A DNA stretch of 64,000 nucleotides from Chiloscyllium plagiosum (lineage: Eukaryota). Positions 12,000-25,621 of this stretch are shown piece after piece (the first letter of the stretch is position 1; each line of letters begins with the position of its first letter). The notes beneath the pieces are model-generated. The model was not told the DNA's origin. It ran no database searches and saw only the letters and a list, made by a program, of their open reading frames with translations. The position numbers and the translations under genes are program-made. Where the stretch lies: positions 72,530,893-72,594,892 of the forward strand of contig NC_057720.1 of the NCBI RefSeq assembly GCF_004010195.1. The letters are read 5' to 3'.

Positions 12000-12600
12000 A
12001 CAGAGGGTTTATTAATGAAGCATTCAGATTGCAAAAAAATTGGTTCCCAGGTCTGCATGCACACATTTGTGTGCTCAGGAAGTTAAGGAGGACAGGATTG
12101 GGGAGGAGGTGAGTTATAAGTGCACTTTGGCAGATAGCATTGGGAGAGACAGTATATATACTTAGTGGCTCATTTCCAAACTTTGTGCAGAGTCAGGAAT
12201 CTGGATTCAGGGATATCTACCTTTGAAGGTGATAGGACATATTGAAAAAGTAGTGAGCAAAACATATGGAATCTTGGGCTTTATTAATGAGATTGATTAC
12301 AGAAGCAGAGAAACAACACAAAATATTTTACAAACCTTGAGAAGGTGCAGAAGAATAGATGCAGAGAGAGGAAATTGAAAATTACATAAGATTGAGGAAG
12401 ATGTGGTTTTCTCCTTAGAGAAAAGGAGATTGAGAGGAGATCTGCTGGAGGTGCATAAAGTTATGAAAAGTGTAGATAAGATAGGTTTGAAAAAAAAATC
12501 TGCTTTTCTATTATCTGACAGTATAAGAGCATGAATATTAGGTTTTGGGTGAAATGCTGGTGGGATTGGCGAAGAGTTAGTGGTGGTGATGTGAGGAATA
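12000..12600 (+). mobile_element. Degraded CR1-like ORF2 3' fragment
   Basis: ttctccttagagaaaaggagattgagaggagatctgctggaggtgcataaagttatg reads FSLEKRRLRGDLLEVHKVM. Confidence 0.7.
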
Positions 12601-14090
12601 GCTTTTTCAATCTGAGAGAAAATAGAAAAGAATAAATTGTAACTCTCTGACTGTGCTATCATGACTGTAAGGCTGGGATTGACCATGGGCCAATGCTCCT
12701 GCTTACCAGGCGCATGCTCTAGGGTGAGTCCATCTAGAAGTGATGACAACTAAATAGTCATTGGGTAGTTCGTTCCTGAGATCATGGCCTCTGACTTCCG
12801 AGGCAGGGTATCTCATTTCCAAAAGCTATTGGCCAATCAGAGTTATGGCAATTCTTCAGTCTCAGCAGTGCCACCAGGACTGCTGGCCATAACCAGGACT
12901 GCAGAAGGCCTCAGATTGGGAGTAATGCTGGAGTAAAGGTAAGTGGGGTGGCTTACTGGAGCTGTTTAAACAGGCCTTGTCTCAGGTGGGTGATTAACAG
13001 GGGCAAAGGTATGGATTGAGAGGCCAGGTGGGGGAGTTTGATGTGGGGTGCAGATTTTGCTGTTGGAGTGTCTTCCATGAGTCAGTGTGTCCCATCAGGA
13101 GTGAATATCCCCATTGTTGAGCTCATGGAAGGTGCACAAGTATGCATTGCAGGTATGTGGCATATCAGCTCTCACCCATTCCTTTAATCACCCGTCCTCT
13201 GTTTCTCCTCCTTCACCATGACCACCATCAGGCTCGCTGTTAAAATACAAGTCTAACCCAAGACAAAATGCAAGACTAATTTTCTTGGCATGTTGGCAAA
13301 GTATCAAACTTATTGATTGGTGCATAAAAGATAAGTTGCTTGTGATAATGATAAATGAGTATTGGATGCTGATTGTCAGGGAAGTTCCATGGGCATTAAT
13401 TTTAGGATTTTTTTTAATATATATTGATGAATCACAGGACAGACCATTGTTCCATAAGTGTAAAATGAATTGAGTGTCTTGGCCATTAAAGCAAACTAAT
13501 TGATCTAGATAAATTGTTTCCTTTTAAGACAACCAAAGCAATGAATTGCAATGGGGATATATTGGCAGTTGTTAAATTTGATAATAGAATTGAGGATATG
13601 GCTTATGTGCGAAATGGTAACATTCTCTAATTCATGGAGAAGCAAAGGGATCCAGGTTCTTCTGTAGAGAGGTCATCTATATTTTATACAACCTCTTATC
13701 AGAATTGAAAGAAGAAAGAAGTATCAAAGCTTTCACATCATTAGCAGGAGAGGTGGGGGAGGCAGGAATAAGAGTAAAGGAAGTTCTCTGATAAGATGGG
13801 TGGCAGGAGCGATTAACTTACAAAATATTTCTTGATACTAAAGCCAAAGAATGTGGCAATTGGTATGGTGGTTGTGTATAGCTGCCATGTAAATGGCGAT
13901 ATGACAGCTGCATGAATGCCATGCGAAGAGATATAGAAAGAAATAGAACTTAGCAAACTCCAACTTTAAAACCATGACATGCAAATCTGACTTAAAAAAA
14001 AGAAATCTGTTCATGGGATATGGTTGTCCTGGTTAGGCTGCATTTATTGCCCTGGTGAAGATGGTGGTGAGTTGCCTCCTTACGGTAGAG

Positions 14091-14856
14091 TGGTGCTGGA
14101 AAAGCACAGCAGGTCAGGCAGCATCCGAGAAGCAGGAAAATCAACGTTTTAGGCAAAAGCCCTTCATCAGGAATGGAGGCAGAGTGCCTGCAGGGTGGAG
14201 AGATAAATGAGACGGGGATGGGTGTGGGGAGAAAGTAGCATAGAGTACAATAGGTGAATGGGGGTGGGGATGGAGGTGGTAGGTCAGAGAGGAGAGTGGG
14301 TGAAGGTAGCAAAGAGTACAATGGGTGAATGGGGGTAGGGATGAAGGTGGTAGGTCAGAGAGGAGGGTGGAGTGGATAGTTTGAAAAGAAGATAGACAGG
14401 TTGGACAAGTCATGGGGACAGTACTGAGCTGGAAGTTTGGAACTGGGGTGAGGTGGGGGAAGGGGAAATGAGGAAACTGGTGAAGTCCACATTGATGCCC
14501 TGGGGTTGAAGTGTTCTGAGGCGGAAGATGAGGCATTCTTCCTCCAGACGGCTGGTGGTGAGGGAGCGGCGGTGAAGGAGGCCCAGGACCTCCATGTCCT
14601 TGGCTGAGTGGGAGGGGGAGTTGGAATGTTGGGCCACAGGGCGGTATGGTTGATTGGTGCGGGTGTCCCGGAGATGTTCTCTAAAGTGCTCTGCTAGGAG
14701 GCGTCCAGTCTCCCCAAGATAGAGGAGACCGCATCAGGAGCAACGGACACGGTAAATGGTATTGGTGGATGTGCAGGTAAAACTTTGATGGATGTGGAAA
14801 GCTCCTTTGGGGCCTTGGATGGAGATGAGGTCCTGCATCTGCAGTCCTTGTTTTTA
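14091..14856 (-). mobile_element. 5'-truncated Penelope-like element (GIY-YIG endonuclease + pLTR) with 16-bp TSD
   Basis: The minus strand encodes CGLLYLGETGRLLAEHFREHL...VAQHSNSPSHS..LEEECLIFRLRTLQPQGINVDF. Decayed hammerhead at 14141-14174. TSD cctccttacg(g/t)tagag at 14075-14090 and 14857-14872. Internal ~72-bp duplication at ~14225-14370. Confidence 0.9.
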
Positions 14857-15019
14857 CCTCCTTACGTTAGAGGGTAGCCCATACTATTATTTTGAAGGGA
14901 GTGTCTACAGTTCCATGATTCGAAGTGCAAAATAAAAGGACAGTCGGCCATAGCGAGAGTCGGTGTATATAAAAAAGGTTGAGACTGATGGATAAACTGG
15001 ACACAAGGTGGCAAAGAAT

Positions 15020-15185
15020 AGAGTCATAGAGATATACGGCATGGAAACAGACCCTTGGGTCCAATTTGTCCATGCTGACCAGATATCCCAACCCAATTTA
15101 GTCCAATTTGCCAACACTTGGCCCATATCCCTCTAAACTCTTCCTATTCATGTACCCATCCAGATGCCTTAGAGTCATAGAGTTG
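15020..15185 (-). mobile_element. CR1-like 3' UTR fragment
   Basis: agagtcatagagatatacggcatggaaacagaccctt..., the same 3' end as the copy at 15328. Confidence 0.8.
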
Positions 15186-15327
15186 TGGTTGAAATTGCTA
15201 ATCTTCTGTTCATATGTTTGTCCCCATCAGTTGCATTTCAAAGATTTGGTAGTAGATTCACCAAGTAGATTTGATTTTGCACAGCATGTGTATGTGGTTG
15301 GAGTTTGTCCTGAATGAAGATTTCAGC

Positions 15328-16455
15328 ATAGAGTCATAGTCATAGAGATGTACAACATGGAAACAGACCCTTCGGTCCAACCCCTCCATGCCAACCAGAT
15401 ATCCCAACCCAATCTAGGCCCACCTGCCAGCACCCGGCCCATATCCCTCCAAACCCTTCCTATTCATATACCCATCCAAATTACTCTTAAATGTTGCAAT
15501 TTTACCAGCCTCCACCACTTCCTCTGGCAGCTCATTCCATACAGATACCACCCTCTGCGTGAAAACGTTGCCCCTTAGGTCTCTTTTATATCTTTCGCCT
15601 CTCACCCTAAACTTATGCCTTCTTGTTCTGGACTCCCCCATCCCAGGGAAAAGACTTTGTCTATCTGCCACTTCTTCTCCAGCCTCCACCACTTCCTCTG
15701 GCAGCTCATTCCATACACGCACCACCCTCTGTGTGAAAAGGTTGCCTCTTAGGTTCCTTTTAACTTTTTCCCCTCTCACCCTAAACCTATGCTCTTTAGT
15801 TCTGGACTCCCCCAACCCAGGGAAAAGACCTTGTCTATTCACCCTATCCATGCCCCTCATGATTTTATAAACCTCTATAAGGTCAACCCTCAGCCTCCGA
15901 TGCACCAGGGAAAACAGCCCCAGCCTATTCAGTAGCTCAAATCCTCCAACCCTGCCAGCCTCCTTGTAAATCTTTTTTGAACCCTTTCAAGTTTCACAAC
16001 ATCCTTCCTATAGGAGGGAGACTAGAATTGCACACAATATTCCAAAAGTGTCCTTACCAATGTCCTGTACAGCTACAAGATGATCTCCCAACTCCCATAC
16101 TCAATGCTCTGACCAATAAAAGAAAGCATATCAAACGTCTTCTTCACTATCCTATTTATCTGAGACTCCACTTTCAAGGAACTTTAAATTTGCACTCCAT
16201 GGTCTCTTTGTTCAACATCGCTCCCTGGGACCTTACCATTAAGTGTATAAGTCCTGCCCTGACTTGCCTTTCCAAAATGCAGCACCTCACTTTTACCTGA
16301 AGTCATTTGCCACTCCTCAGCCAACTTGTCCATCTGATCAAGATCCTGTTGTATTCCGAGGTAACCTTCTTTGCTATCCACTACACCTCCAATTTTGGTG
16401 TCATCTACAAACTTACAAACTATACCTCTTATGTTCACATCCATTTATATAAATG
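15328..16455 (-). mobile_element. CR1-like (HER1-type) LINE, 3' ~1.1 kb with internal ~160-bp duplication
   Basis: KFVDDTKIGGVVDS (RT C-terminus) and RGNLFTQRVVRVWNELPEEVVEAG, the latter repeated at 15505-15666 and 15679-15840. Confidence 0.92.
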
Positions 16456-17349
16456 ATGATGCAGGTAGCTGCGTCCTGATCAGGTCTGCGTTTGTCAAGA
16501 GTGGTTAAGAAAAGGCCAACAAATAAATTGGTCATACATTTTGATCAGGGTCCCCAGAATGGAGGTGAAAACTAAGTGTAGAAAGTGTTAGAAGGGTGAA
16601 AGTAGGTGGACTTGGTGATTTGTAGATTGAACACAATGAGAGGGTTTTGCTCAATTTGAGTTGACATGAGGCAGAATAGCAAGTAACAAAGAACAAAATT
16701 TTACAAATTTTGGTTCTTGCTGGAATGGACATTGGGTGCTCAAAAAACAAAGGAACTGTAACTTCAGACATTTACTGTGGACAATCTGAAATTAAGGAAA
16801 TAGTTGTGAGGTGGAGAGAAGATAGTGGGTGTGATTGATTTGTGAGTAGCATCGATTTCTTTCACATTCAAGTATTTATCCAGCTTCATTCTAACAGGAG
16901 AGGAAGTTGTGTCTGTGATGTTTGCTTCCCTGGTCTACCTGACCAGCACATTAAAGTATAAAACCCTTGAACAAAATTGAAAGGCAATGTCTGGTTGTCT
17001 TCCATTTATAAGATTAATGATTTTTCTAACATTTTGTTAATATTTACAATTTAAGGCATGTAGGTTGAGAAATGACAAAAGTATTGTTTTGCTATCGGAC
17101 CCTTATTTGTATGCCATTTTATTAAATAGCTTGACAAACCACTGTTTTTCTAGACACCATAAGTTATATTGGACAAAGGTTTGATGAGGTTTTCTTCTTG
17201 GTTAATTATCCGACAAAAAGTGATTTTATTCATCAGTACTATCACAACAAAAATGTAGCCAGTAGCCTCTGGGAGGCTGCATGTCAAATTTTGATGAACT
17301 GTCTCTGAAGCACTGAAGGACATTTCACCACATTGAGGTAATATACATG

Positions 17350-17445
17350 TACTTTATTCTCTCTCCTCAGATGTTGCTGGGTCTACTGTGCTTCTCCAGC
17401 ACTTTTGTTTTCTTTCAGCTCCCAGCATTTGCGGAAATTGGTTCT
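17350..17445 (+). mobile_element. Old Penelope pLTR-derived fragment
   Basis: ctctctcctcagatgttgctgggtctactgtgcttctccagcacttttg...cccagcatttgc is similar to the pLTR consensus seen in other copies. Confidence 0.55.
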
Positions 17446-18491
17446 CACTATATCACTTACATAAAAATTGGTTGCATGGGTTTCAATCATATTGGGACTG
17501 TTATGCAGAAGTGGGGATACAGCCAAAAAACAATTGTCTTGATCATGACTGTAGAGAGGCTTCTCAAATAATGAAACCTCCCAGAATGCCTCCTATTACC
17601 AGAGCCATGACAATCTTCAACTCTCGAACTACAGCTTGCAAGGAACAGTGGCAAGGCAGGATTAAACAAAACTCCATATTCTGCTCTTGCATTGTAGTGA
17701 CATAAAAACATTCCAAGAAGTTTTACCTATCATTCGCAAGTGTCATTTGTTTTTAGTAAGTTTTTGTTTCACCAATTGTTGCAGCTGTGAATAAAACAGT
17801 GTTGCTGGTCTTTGAATTCAGTCACTGCGTATGACATTGCAATGTATTTTGTTTGTGCTGAAGAAGCGAAGGGGCTTTGATAGCACAGAGCTGTCTGAAT
17901 GGGGATTGGAAGCAGGGATATGTCTAAGTTTGTAGCAGGGCAGATATCTTGAGGAATGGTCTGTATTAGTGTCACTTCCTCTCCTTTCAACTTCTATTAT
18001 TGCACATATTTCTGTGCTATGCTGACAGTTTATGCAGATAGTTTTCTTCCAATGTAAATGCATAAATTTTTGTTGCATTCATGTGCACCTTGTTCACGTG
18101 GAAATAACTTGTTCTGAGGTAAGAAAAAAATAATTGCTAAGTTTATGCCTTCACCAAGATAGCACAATTCATTTAAAAGCACTCTTAAAAAAATACCATT
18201 TTGAGCTATATCCTTTATAGTTTATATTTACATTAATTTTAATCATTGTAAAGAAAGCCCACTTAAACAAAAAGCAAGAATTTCAAGACGTATCCTCTAA
18301 TACATCAGTCATGTTACGTCTGCAGACTGACAATGAAATAGCTTTGGAAACATGACACAAGAATCTATCCAATCACATTGCTGCACATTAATACTATGTC
18401 ATCTTTAATTACAAATACAGATTGTTGTACAATATTAACTTTAGCATTTGCAATGTGGCAATTGGCAACTTCTGAATCATGTCAATAGTTT

Positions 18492-18935
18492 ACATAGAAC
18501 ATAGAACATAGAAGAATACAGCGCAGTACAGGCCCTTTGGCCCTCGATGTTGCGCCGATCCAAGCCCGCCTAACCTATACTAACCCACTATCCTCCATAT
18601 ACCTATCCAATGCCCGCTTAAATGCCCATAAAGAGGGAGAGTCCACCACTGCTGCTGGCAGGGCATTCCATGAACTTACGACTCGCTGAGTGAAGAACCT
18701 ACCCCTAACTTCAGTCCTATATCTACCCCCCCTTAATTTAAAGCTATGCCCCCTTGTAATACCCGACTCCATACGCGGGAAAAGGTTCACACTGTCAACC
18801 CTATCTAACCCCCTAATCATCTTGTACACCTCAATCAAGTCACCCCTAAACCTTCTTTTCTCTAATGAAAACAGCCCCAAGTGTCTCAGTCTTTCCTCAT
18901 ACGATCTTCCTTCCATACCAGGCAACATCCTGGTA
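18492..18935 (-). mobile_element. Young CR1-like LINE 3' end with (catagaa)n tail
   Basis: Open 117-aa ORF MLPGMEGRSYEERLRHLGLFSLEKRRFRGDLIEVYKMIRG...FFTQRVVSSWNALP. Confidence 0.93.
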
Positions 18936-19437
18936 TGCGTTGGTTTCTGTTGAAGCAGGTGTTAGCTAAGGTCAGCCCTCCTATCTAAACTCACAAAGAT
19001 TGAATTTATACCATGTAGCTTACAAATTCAAAGCAGTTTTGTGAGTACATACGAAGGTCTAAATAGCATATACTTGTTCCACAACTCTGCTTCATCAAAC
19101 CAAGCAAATTAATGGGACTTGCTCTTTGCTTTGGAACTGAGGATAACTAATAAGAATAAGAGAAATAAAATAGCAAAGATAGAGAAAAGGGATATCATTT
19201 ATATTAAGAGAAATGTTGAAGAACAAAACTGAGTTGGGGATAGTTGGGGAATAGTTCAGGCTAGTTGATGTAAGCAGAGTATCAAATGAAAGAATGAGGC
19301 CATTTTACACTCAGGAAATGCTTGGTGGGTCTCCCATCTTCTGTGGAGCAAATATCTGAGTTTGCAGGCAGAAGATAGTGGACCGCTGACTGGCGAACTG
19401 GTGACTGCTCCTGTTTTATATATTGTTATCTAACATG

Positions 19438-19870
19438 TCATAGAGCTGTACAGCACGGAAACAGACCCCTCAGTCCAAATCATTCAGGCTGGGCAGATGT
19501 CCAGATGCCATTTAAATGTTGTTATTGTACCAGCCTCCACCACTTCCTCTGGTAGCTCAATCCATATACACACCACCCTCTGTGTGAAAAAGTTGCCTCT
19601 TAGGTCCCTTTTAAATCTTACCCACCTCACAGTAAACTTATGCCCTCGAGTTCTGGACTCCTCCACCCCGGGGAAAAGACCTAATCTATTTATCCTATCC
19701 ATATCTCCCATGATTTTATAAACCCCTATAAGGTCACCTCATATCCTCTGAATCTTCAGGGAAAACAGTCCCAAACCCATTCAGCGTCTCCCTTGTAGCT
19801 CAAACCCTCCAACCCAGGCAATATCCTTGCCAATCTTTTTTGAACCCTTTCAAGTTTCACAGCATCTAAC
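19438..19870 (-). mobile_element. CR1-like LINE 3' fragment
   Basis: LERVQKRLARILPGLEGLSY and RGNFFTQRVVCIWIELPEEVVEAG. Confidence 0.88.
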
Positions 19871-20334
19871 ATTTTTAACTTTTCACAGTTCTTAAGTAAG
19901 ATGATCAATCTGAAATGTGATTCCAATTTCCTCTCTTCAGATACTGCAAGACCTGTCATTTATTTTTTGTGTTTTCAGTTTGCACGGCTGGAATTTTGCT
20001 CGTCTTAATGCCACTTTAATGTTGTGTTGAAGTGATAGTCATCTTTCCTGTACAGGAATTAATTCATATTTGTTTCTAAAATTGCATAAGTATGTTGGCT
20101 GAACACAACTTTCAACTATTGATAGCATCATCATAAAATCACTTGCACATTTCCTGTGTAATATTTTAGTTGTGTTTATTAAATATAACAATGGAAAATA
20201 CTTTAGCCGCTCATATATTGGCCATTAGTTTTTCTTATTCCATTTCAGTTCTTTTTGTATATGGAAGTTACTGGAAAAACTAACATTTGTTATCTATCGC
20301 TGATTGCCATTATCAAAGTTTCAGGATGCTTATT

Positions 20335-21740
20335 TGCTTCATTCATCAGATATGGGTGTCGCTAGCTGGGTCAGAGTTTATTGCCTGTCCCTAGCTGTCC
20401 TTTTAGTGAGCTGTCTTCTTGTACCGTAGCAGGCCCTGTCCTGTAGATTGTCTCACAATTCCCTGAGGGAGGGAAGTGCAAAGTTTTGACCCAGCTACAC
20501 AAAAGGAATCGCCTTCTATTTCTTAGCCAGGATGGTGAGTGGCTTGGAAGAGAACTTGCGGATGGTGGTGTTCCAAAGCGTCGGTTGTCTTTGTCTTTCT
20601 CGGTGATAGAGGTTAATGGTTTGAAAGATGCTTCTGGAAGAGCCTTGGTGAATTGCTGTAGTGCATCCTATGATTTTTATACACTGCTGCCACTCTGTAT
20701 TGGTGATAGCAGAAGTGGATGTTTAAGATATTAGATGGGATGCTAATCAAGGGGGGACTGTTTTGTCTTGGATAGTGTCAAAATTTATGTTGGAACTGCA
20801 CTCATCGAGAGTCGAAGAGTGTGGTGCTGGAAAAGCACAGCCGGTGAGGCAGTATCCGAGGAGCAGGAGAGTCGATGTTTCGAGCAGAAGCCCTTCATCC
20901 TGCTTTTCCAGCACCACACCTTTTGACTCTGATCTCCAACATCTGCAGTCCTCACTTTCACCTAGCTGCACTCATCCAGTCAAGTGGGGAGAATTCAGTC
21001 ACACCCATGACCTGCATCTTGCAGATGATGAACAGTCAGGAGGTGAGTTACTTACTGCAGGCTTTCTAGCCTTTGAACACAGTATTTATAAAATTGGGCT
21101 TGTAAGAGGTCAATCATCTCATTCCAATGCCATCACTGGAGGAGTTGCTGATAGTTATGTCCTTACGCCTCACTATCTTCCTTTGTGCAGTGTATCATAC
21201 AAACCAGCAGAGTATTTTCCCTCTGATTCCCAATGACTTTAGTTTTCCAGGGATTCATTTTGTCGTTGTCAACTGCTGTAAATGAGTCAAGGGCAGTTAT
21301 TCTCACCCCTCTTCTTGAGTTCAGCTTTTTTTTGACTATGTTTGGACCAAGACAGAAATGATGTGAGTACCAACCTGTCCTGGTGGAACCCAGATTGAAC
21401 ATCAGTGTGCAGTTGTACTGCTTGATAACATGATTGATTACACCTTCATCATTTGGATACTCGAGAGATCACTAATGACCAGGTTCAAGTTGTCCTTTTC
21501 TTTGGGCAAGACATACCTGGGCTATTTTCTATGTTGTGAAGAAGATGACAGTGTTGCAGTTGCGCTGGGCTAACTTAACTACAAGCATGGTTAGTTCTGG
21601 AGCATTTGGCTTCAGTACTATTGCTGGAGTATTGTCTGATTCCAAGTCTTTGCAGAATCCTGTGCCTTCAGCTGTTTCTTGATATCATGTAGAGTGAATC
21701 AAATTGGCATAAGACTGGCATATGTGAGATCCCCTGGCTG
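20335..21740 (-). mobile_element. Degraded CR1/L2-group LINE 3' region (second family)
   Basis: Antisense 3' end ttcattcatcagatatgggtgtcgctagctggg...ttattgcctgtccctag is shared with 42310, 47220 and 13995. Decayed RT-like sequence lies upstream. Confidence 0.7.
20807..20965. mobile_element. Short Penelope-derived inverted-repeat insertion with 11-bp TSD
   Basis: TSD ctgcactcatc at 20796-20806 and 20966-20976. Inverted arms gtgtggtgctggaaaagca / tgcttttccagcaccacac, with a truncated minus-strand hammerhead. Confidence 0.88.
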
Positions 21741-22003
21741 AAGGTGCTTGCAAATGCTTCGTCCTTACATTTTTATATTTTAAATGAAAAGTTGTGAAAT
21801 ATAAAATCATGTTTCTCTTGGATTTGCCCTTTTGAAATGCTGGCTCATTTGCTGAAATTATAAACTTGGTTTTTGACATTTTAAGGGATTCAATCAATTC
21901 CATTTTGAATTCTAGCTGCCATAAACACTTGAAGGTGGCTACATTTTGTCATCATTTATTTCCCTCAGTCTTCTGCTATACTTGCTCTTCCAAATAATTA
22001 AAA

Positions 22004-22326
22004 ATCATAGAATCCCTGCAGTTGGAAGCAGGCCATTCAGCCCATTGAGTCTACACCTAGCCTGTGAACAGCATCTCACCCAGATCCACGCCCCCTACAC
22101 TACCCCTGGACTTCCCATGGCCAATCCACCTAACCTCCACATCCATGGCCAATCTAACTATCCTGTACATGTTTGAACTATGGGAGGAAGCCAGAGCACC
22201 CGGATGAAACCCATGCAAACACAGGGAGAATGTGCGAACTCCACACAAACCGTCAACTGAGGCTGGAATCAAACCTAGGTCCCTGGCACTGTGAGGCAGC
22301 AGCGCTGACTATTGAGTCATCATGCC
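22004..22326 (-). mobile_element. Diverged HE1-type V-SINE
   Basis: V-domain and tRNA head recognisable on the minus strand. Confidence 0.85.
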
Positions 22327-22416
22327 ATTAATAGTGGCAACAGATCTTCTTGCAAATATTTTCAATCCATTTCTTTTCAAAGATTTTATTGCAGTTGCCA
22401 GTCATGTCAATTAATT

Positions 22417-23297
22417 AGCGAGTTTTGAGAGGATTTGTAGCTCAGGTTGAGGTTCTAGATATAAGTTTGCTCACTGAGCTGGAAGGTTCATTTTCAGACG
22501 TTTCGGCACCATACTAGGTAACATCATCAGTGAGCCTCCGGTGAAGCACTGGTGTTAGTGACCCGCTGACTCGCTGTCATTTCCTGAAGTGATGTCATTT
22601 CCTGTTCTTTTTCTCAGAGGGTGTAAATAGGGTCCATGTCAATGTGATTGTTAATAGAATTCTGGTTGGAATGCCATGCCACCAGGAATTCTCGAATGTC
22701 TCTGTTTGACTTGTCCTAGGATGGATATGTTGTCCCAGTCAAAGTAGTGTCCTTCCCCATCTGGATGTAAGGATACTAGTGAGAGTGGGTCATGTCTTTT
22801 TGTGGCTAGTTGATGTTCATGTATTATGGTGGCCAGTTTTCCGCCTGTTTGTCCAATATAGTGTTTGTTACAGTGCTTGCAAGGTATTTTGTAAATAACA
22901 TTAGTTTTGCTTGTTGTTTCAAGTTCATTAGCTGCTGTTTTAGTGCGTTGGTGGGTTTGTGGGCTACCATAATGCCAAGAAATCTGAGTAGTCTGGCAGT
23001 TATATACATGAGGAGGGACACCACTTCGACTGGGACAACACATCCATCTTAGGACAAGCCAAACAGAGACACTCATGAGAATTCCTAGAGGCATGGCATT
23101 CCAACCAGAACTCTATCAACATAAAAATCAACTTGGGCTCCATTTACCATCCTCTAAGAAAAAGAACAGGAAATGACATCACTGTAGGAAATGACATCAC
23201 CAACACAAGGAAACCTAAACACAGACATAGAAAGTGGGTCACTAACACCAGTGCTGTGAGAAAACAAACCTTCCAGCTCAGCGAGCAAACTTACATC
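22417..23297 (-). mobile_element. Penelope-like element (second family) with GIY-YIG fragment and inverted 3' duplicate
   Basis: Minus ORF NVIYKIPCKHCNKHYIGQTGGKLATIIHEH. 23010-23297 is an inverted copy of ~22460-22770. Decayed TSD catgtca(a/c)t(t/g)aatt at 22403-22416 and 23298-23311. Confidence 0.9.
22494..22533 (-). ncRNA. Minimal type I hammerhead ribozyme (PLE pLTR)
   Basis: The minus strand reads uca-CUGAUGA-U-guuacc-uaguau-ggugcc-GAAAC-GUC-uga, with one stem II mismatch. Confidence 0.75.
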
Positions 23298-25621
23298 CAT
23301 GTCACTGAATTTTTGTTATTGAGAAACATGGTCTGAATGTCAGAATTCAGAAAAGCACTTTCATGTTTAAATTTGACCTAAGCTAAAATAATTTTATCTC
23401 AGTTATGATGTCTGCATTTTGAGAACAGTAAGTAATAGTATAACTGCCTTTTGCTCTTTCTTCACCCTGTGGCAGATTGAAAATAACTCTATGTCAACTT
23501 AGGAACATCCTCTGTGAAGTGATATTGCTTTTTTGCAATTCTGTTGGAGATGATAACACTTGTTTTCCTGTATGCATTGATTTACACTCAAGGCAGATGT
23601 TAAGACTATTCCTCCTTGAAAATCTGACTTCCAATTTCTGAGGAAAATAACAACTATTAGTGTATTAATCACCTTTAGTCCAGGAGACTTTTAAAAAGAA
23701 ATCACAATGGCACTTTTCCTTAAAGCAGCAAAGTGAAGTCATTACAGTTGCACATTCCTTCGGTTCGGCATTTCCTACTCTAAAACATGTTAGTAATCCT
23801 TAACTGTAAGTAAAGGGAATTCATTATAATGTTCATGATTACTTTCACTTGAATTGTTTTGGCTCATAACGTGTGAGGAATAATTCTCTCCAACTTACTT
23901 AACCATATTGGGTCCAGAAATGAATAAAGGTTTAAAAGCATTAAGTGAATGAAGTAACAAGTCACCTTGTGTCTCTCCATGTTAAGTGTGTCACAAAATA
24001 AATAATGTTCAGTATTATAATGATGTGGCTATTTAATATGCTATGTTGTTGTAAAGCACAGATTAATTTTGTCAACACAAATGTGCTCAATGCGTTCACA
24101 GTTCTCTGTTAATATAAATTGAGTGGAGTTAAGAAAATGATCACTTTCAACATCTTGGGGTAATTCCAATTGACTGTGACGTCTGTCTGAATGTTCCTTT
24201 GAAAGCAAAGCAAAGTATAAGTGAGGAAATGTGTGTATTTCTGAAACCAGGGAACTGCAGCTCAGGCTTTGAACTATCTTTGATCCCTGTCTTTGAAGAT
24301 TACTGACAGCAATTGTCAATTGCAGATATGTTGGACTTCAGCTGTCATGGTTACTGTTTGGTTCTGACAAGTACAGTTGACCCATGATATGTCAAGGCCA
24401 GCAATTAATGTGCTGCTGCGCATTAAACACTTTCAGTAGCCAAAAGCATAAAGCAAAGAGTGAGTCCAAACGTAGTGGCTTGAAGACAGGCCAATTTAGG
24501 TTTGTGCCAAATGCGGTGGAAACCTAATGCTGAATTGTGTTGGTCACTTGGATGGAAGGACTAGAGGTGAGTTGGAGGTTGGTAAAATAACAGTCAGCTG
24601 CATTGGGTTGGCTCTCTGTCACGCTCATGCTGTCAAAGAAATTGAGAGGTTTTCCAGCAGCGAAGGGGGCTGTCAGATAGGTGCCTACTCCACAGAGATG
24701 TGCCACCTATTTCTAATTCTACAGCCTAAAGTAGATGCCATCAGTTTGTTGGTAGAAGACACAAGCATGCACACACATGCCATTTTGCAAGGTCACCAGC
24801 TCTGCAGCAGCAGGAGCTTCATGGTCTCAGAAAAGAGGGGGCCATGGGCACAAACTGCAGGCTTATGGTCCCAATGCTGGATCTGGAAGCATTTCACTCT
24901 CATTGTGAGGGGGCTGCCATCCTTTGCCATCTCAAATTGACAGCATTTCTATCTTCAGCCATATCTGAGGTCTCCTGCATGTCTTTGCTGGTCAGGCTGC
25001 TGAAGTTCAATTCAATGGCAGGCAGACAGACACTGAGGATTCCACTTCCTGCAAAATCACCAAGCCCACCATACTGTCAGCAAGTGGCATTTCATTTCAC
25101 AGTCCTGCTGGCCACGATAAAAGTAAGCTCACGAGATGTCATTTCCTAAATCTACAATTCTTTTGTCTTTGGTCTCAAGGTTCACCATCTTCAGTTCCAC
25201 TGCATCTTTTTGCCCATAAATTGGATGGTGCAAGCTTCCAGCAGGCAATATGAAATTGGAGGAAGTCTCATTTTATTTTGATCTTGCAGTACAAGTAACA
25301 CTACTTAGGTATCAATCCCAATTTTTCACTTTAATCTGGAAGTACATAATTTAATTTCATCCCAAGAAATGGGCATGTGGTCTTACCAGACTGCTTTTTT
25401 CTTTAAATGACAAGTTATGCAAGTATGTAGTCTGCAAATTTTTAAGTGTGTGGATGACATGCTGGGTGATTTTTTTGACTAATGGTTTGTCTAACTGTGG
25501 TGGGAAGGATGGTGAGGTTGGGGTGTTAGGATGTTTTAGGATGTGCTTTGCAATGATTGTTCTTGATTAACTAGCTCTTCCTTCACGTAATGGGCATCTC
25601 TGTGGCATTCCTTGTTTATTT

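Noticed and set aside
24527-25149. 137-aa and 101-aa ORFs in a GC-richer patch
   Set aside because: No recognisable domain; probably an old unclassified repeat.
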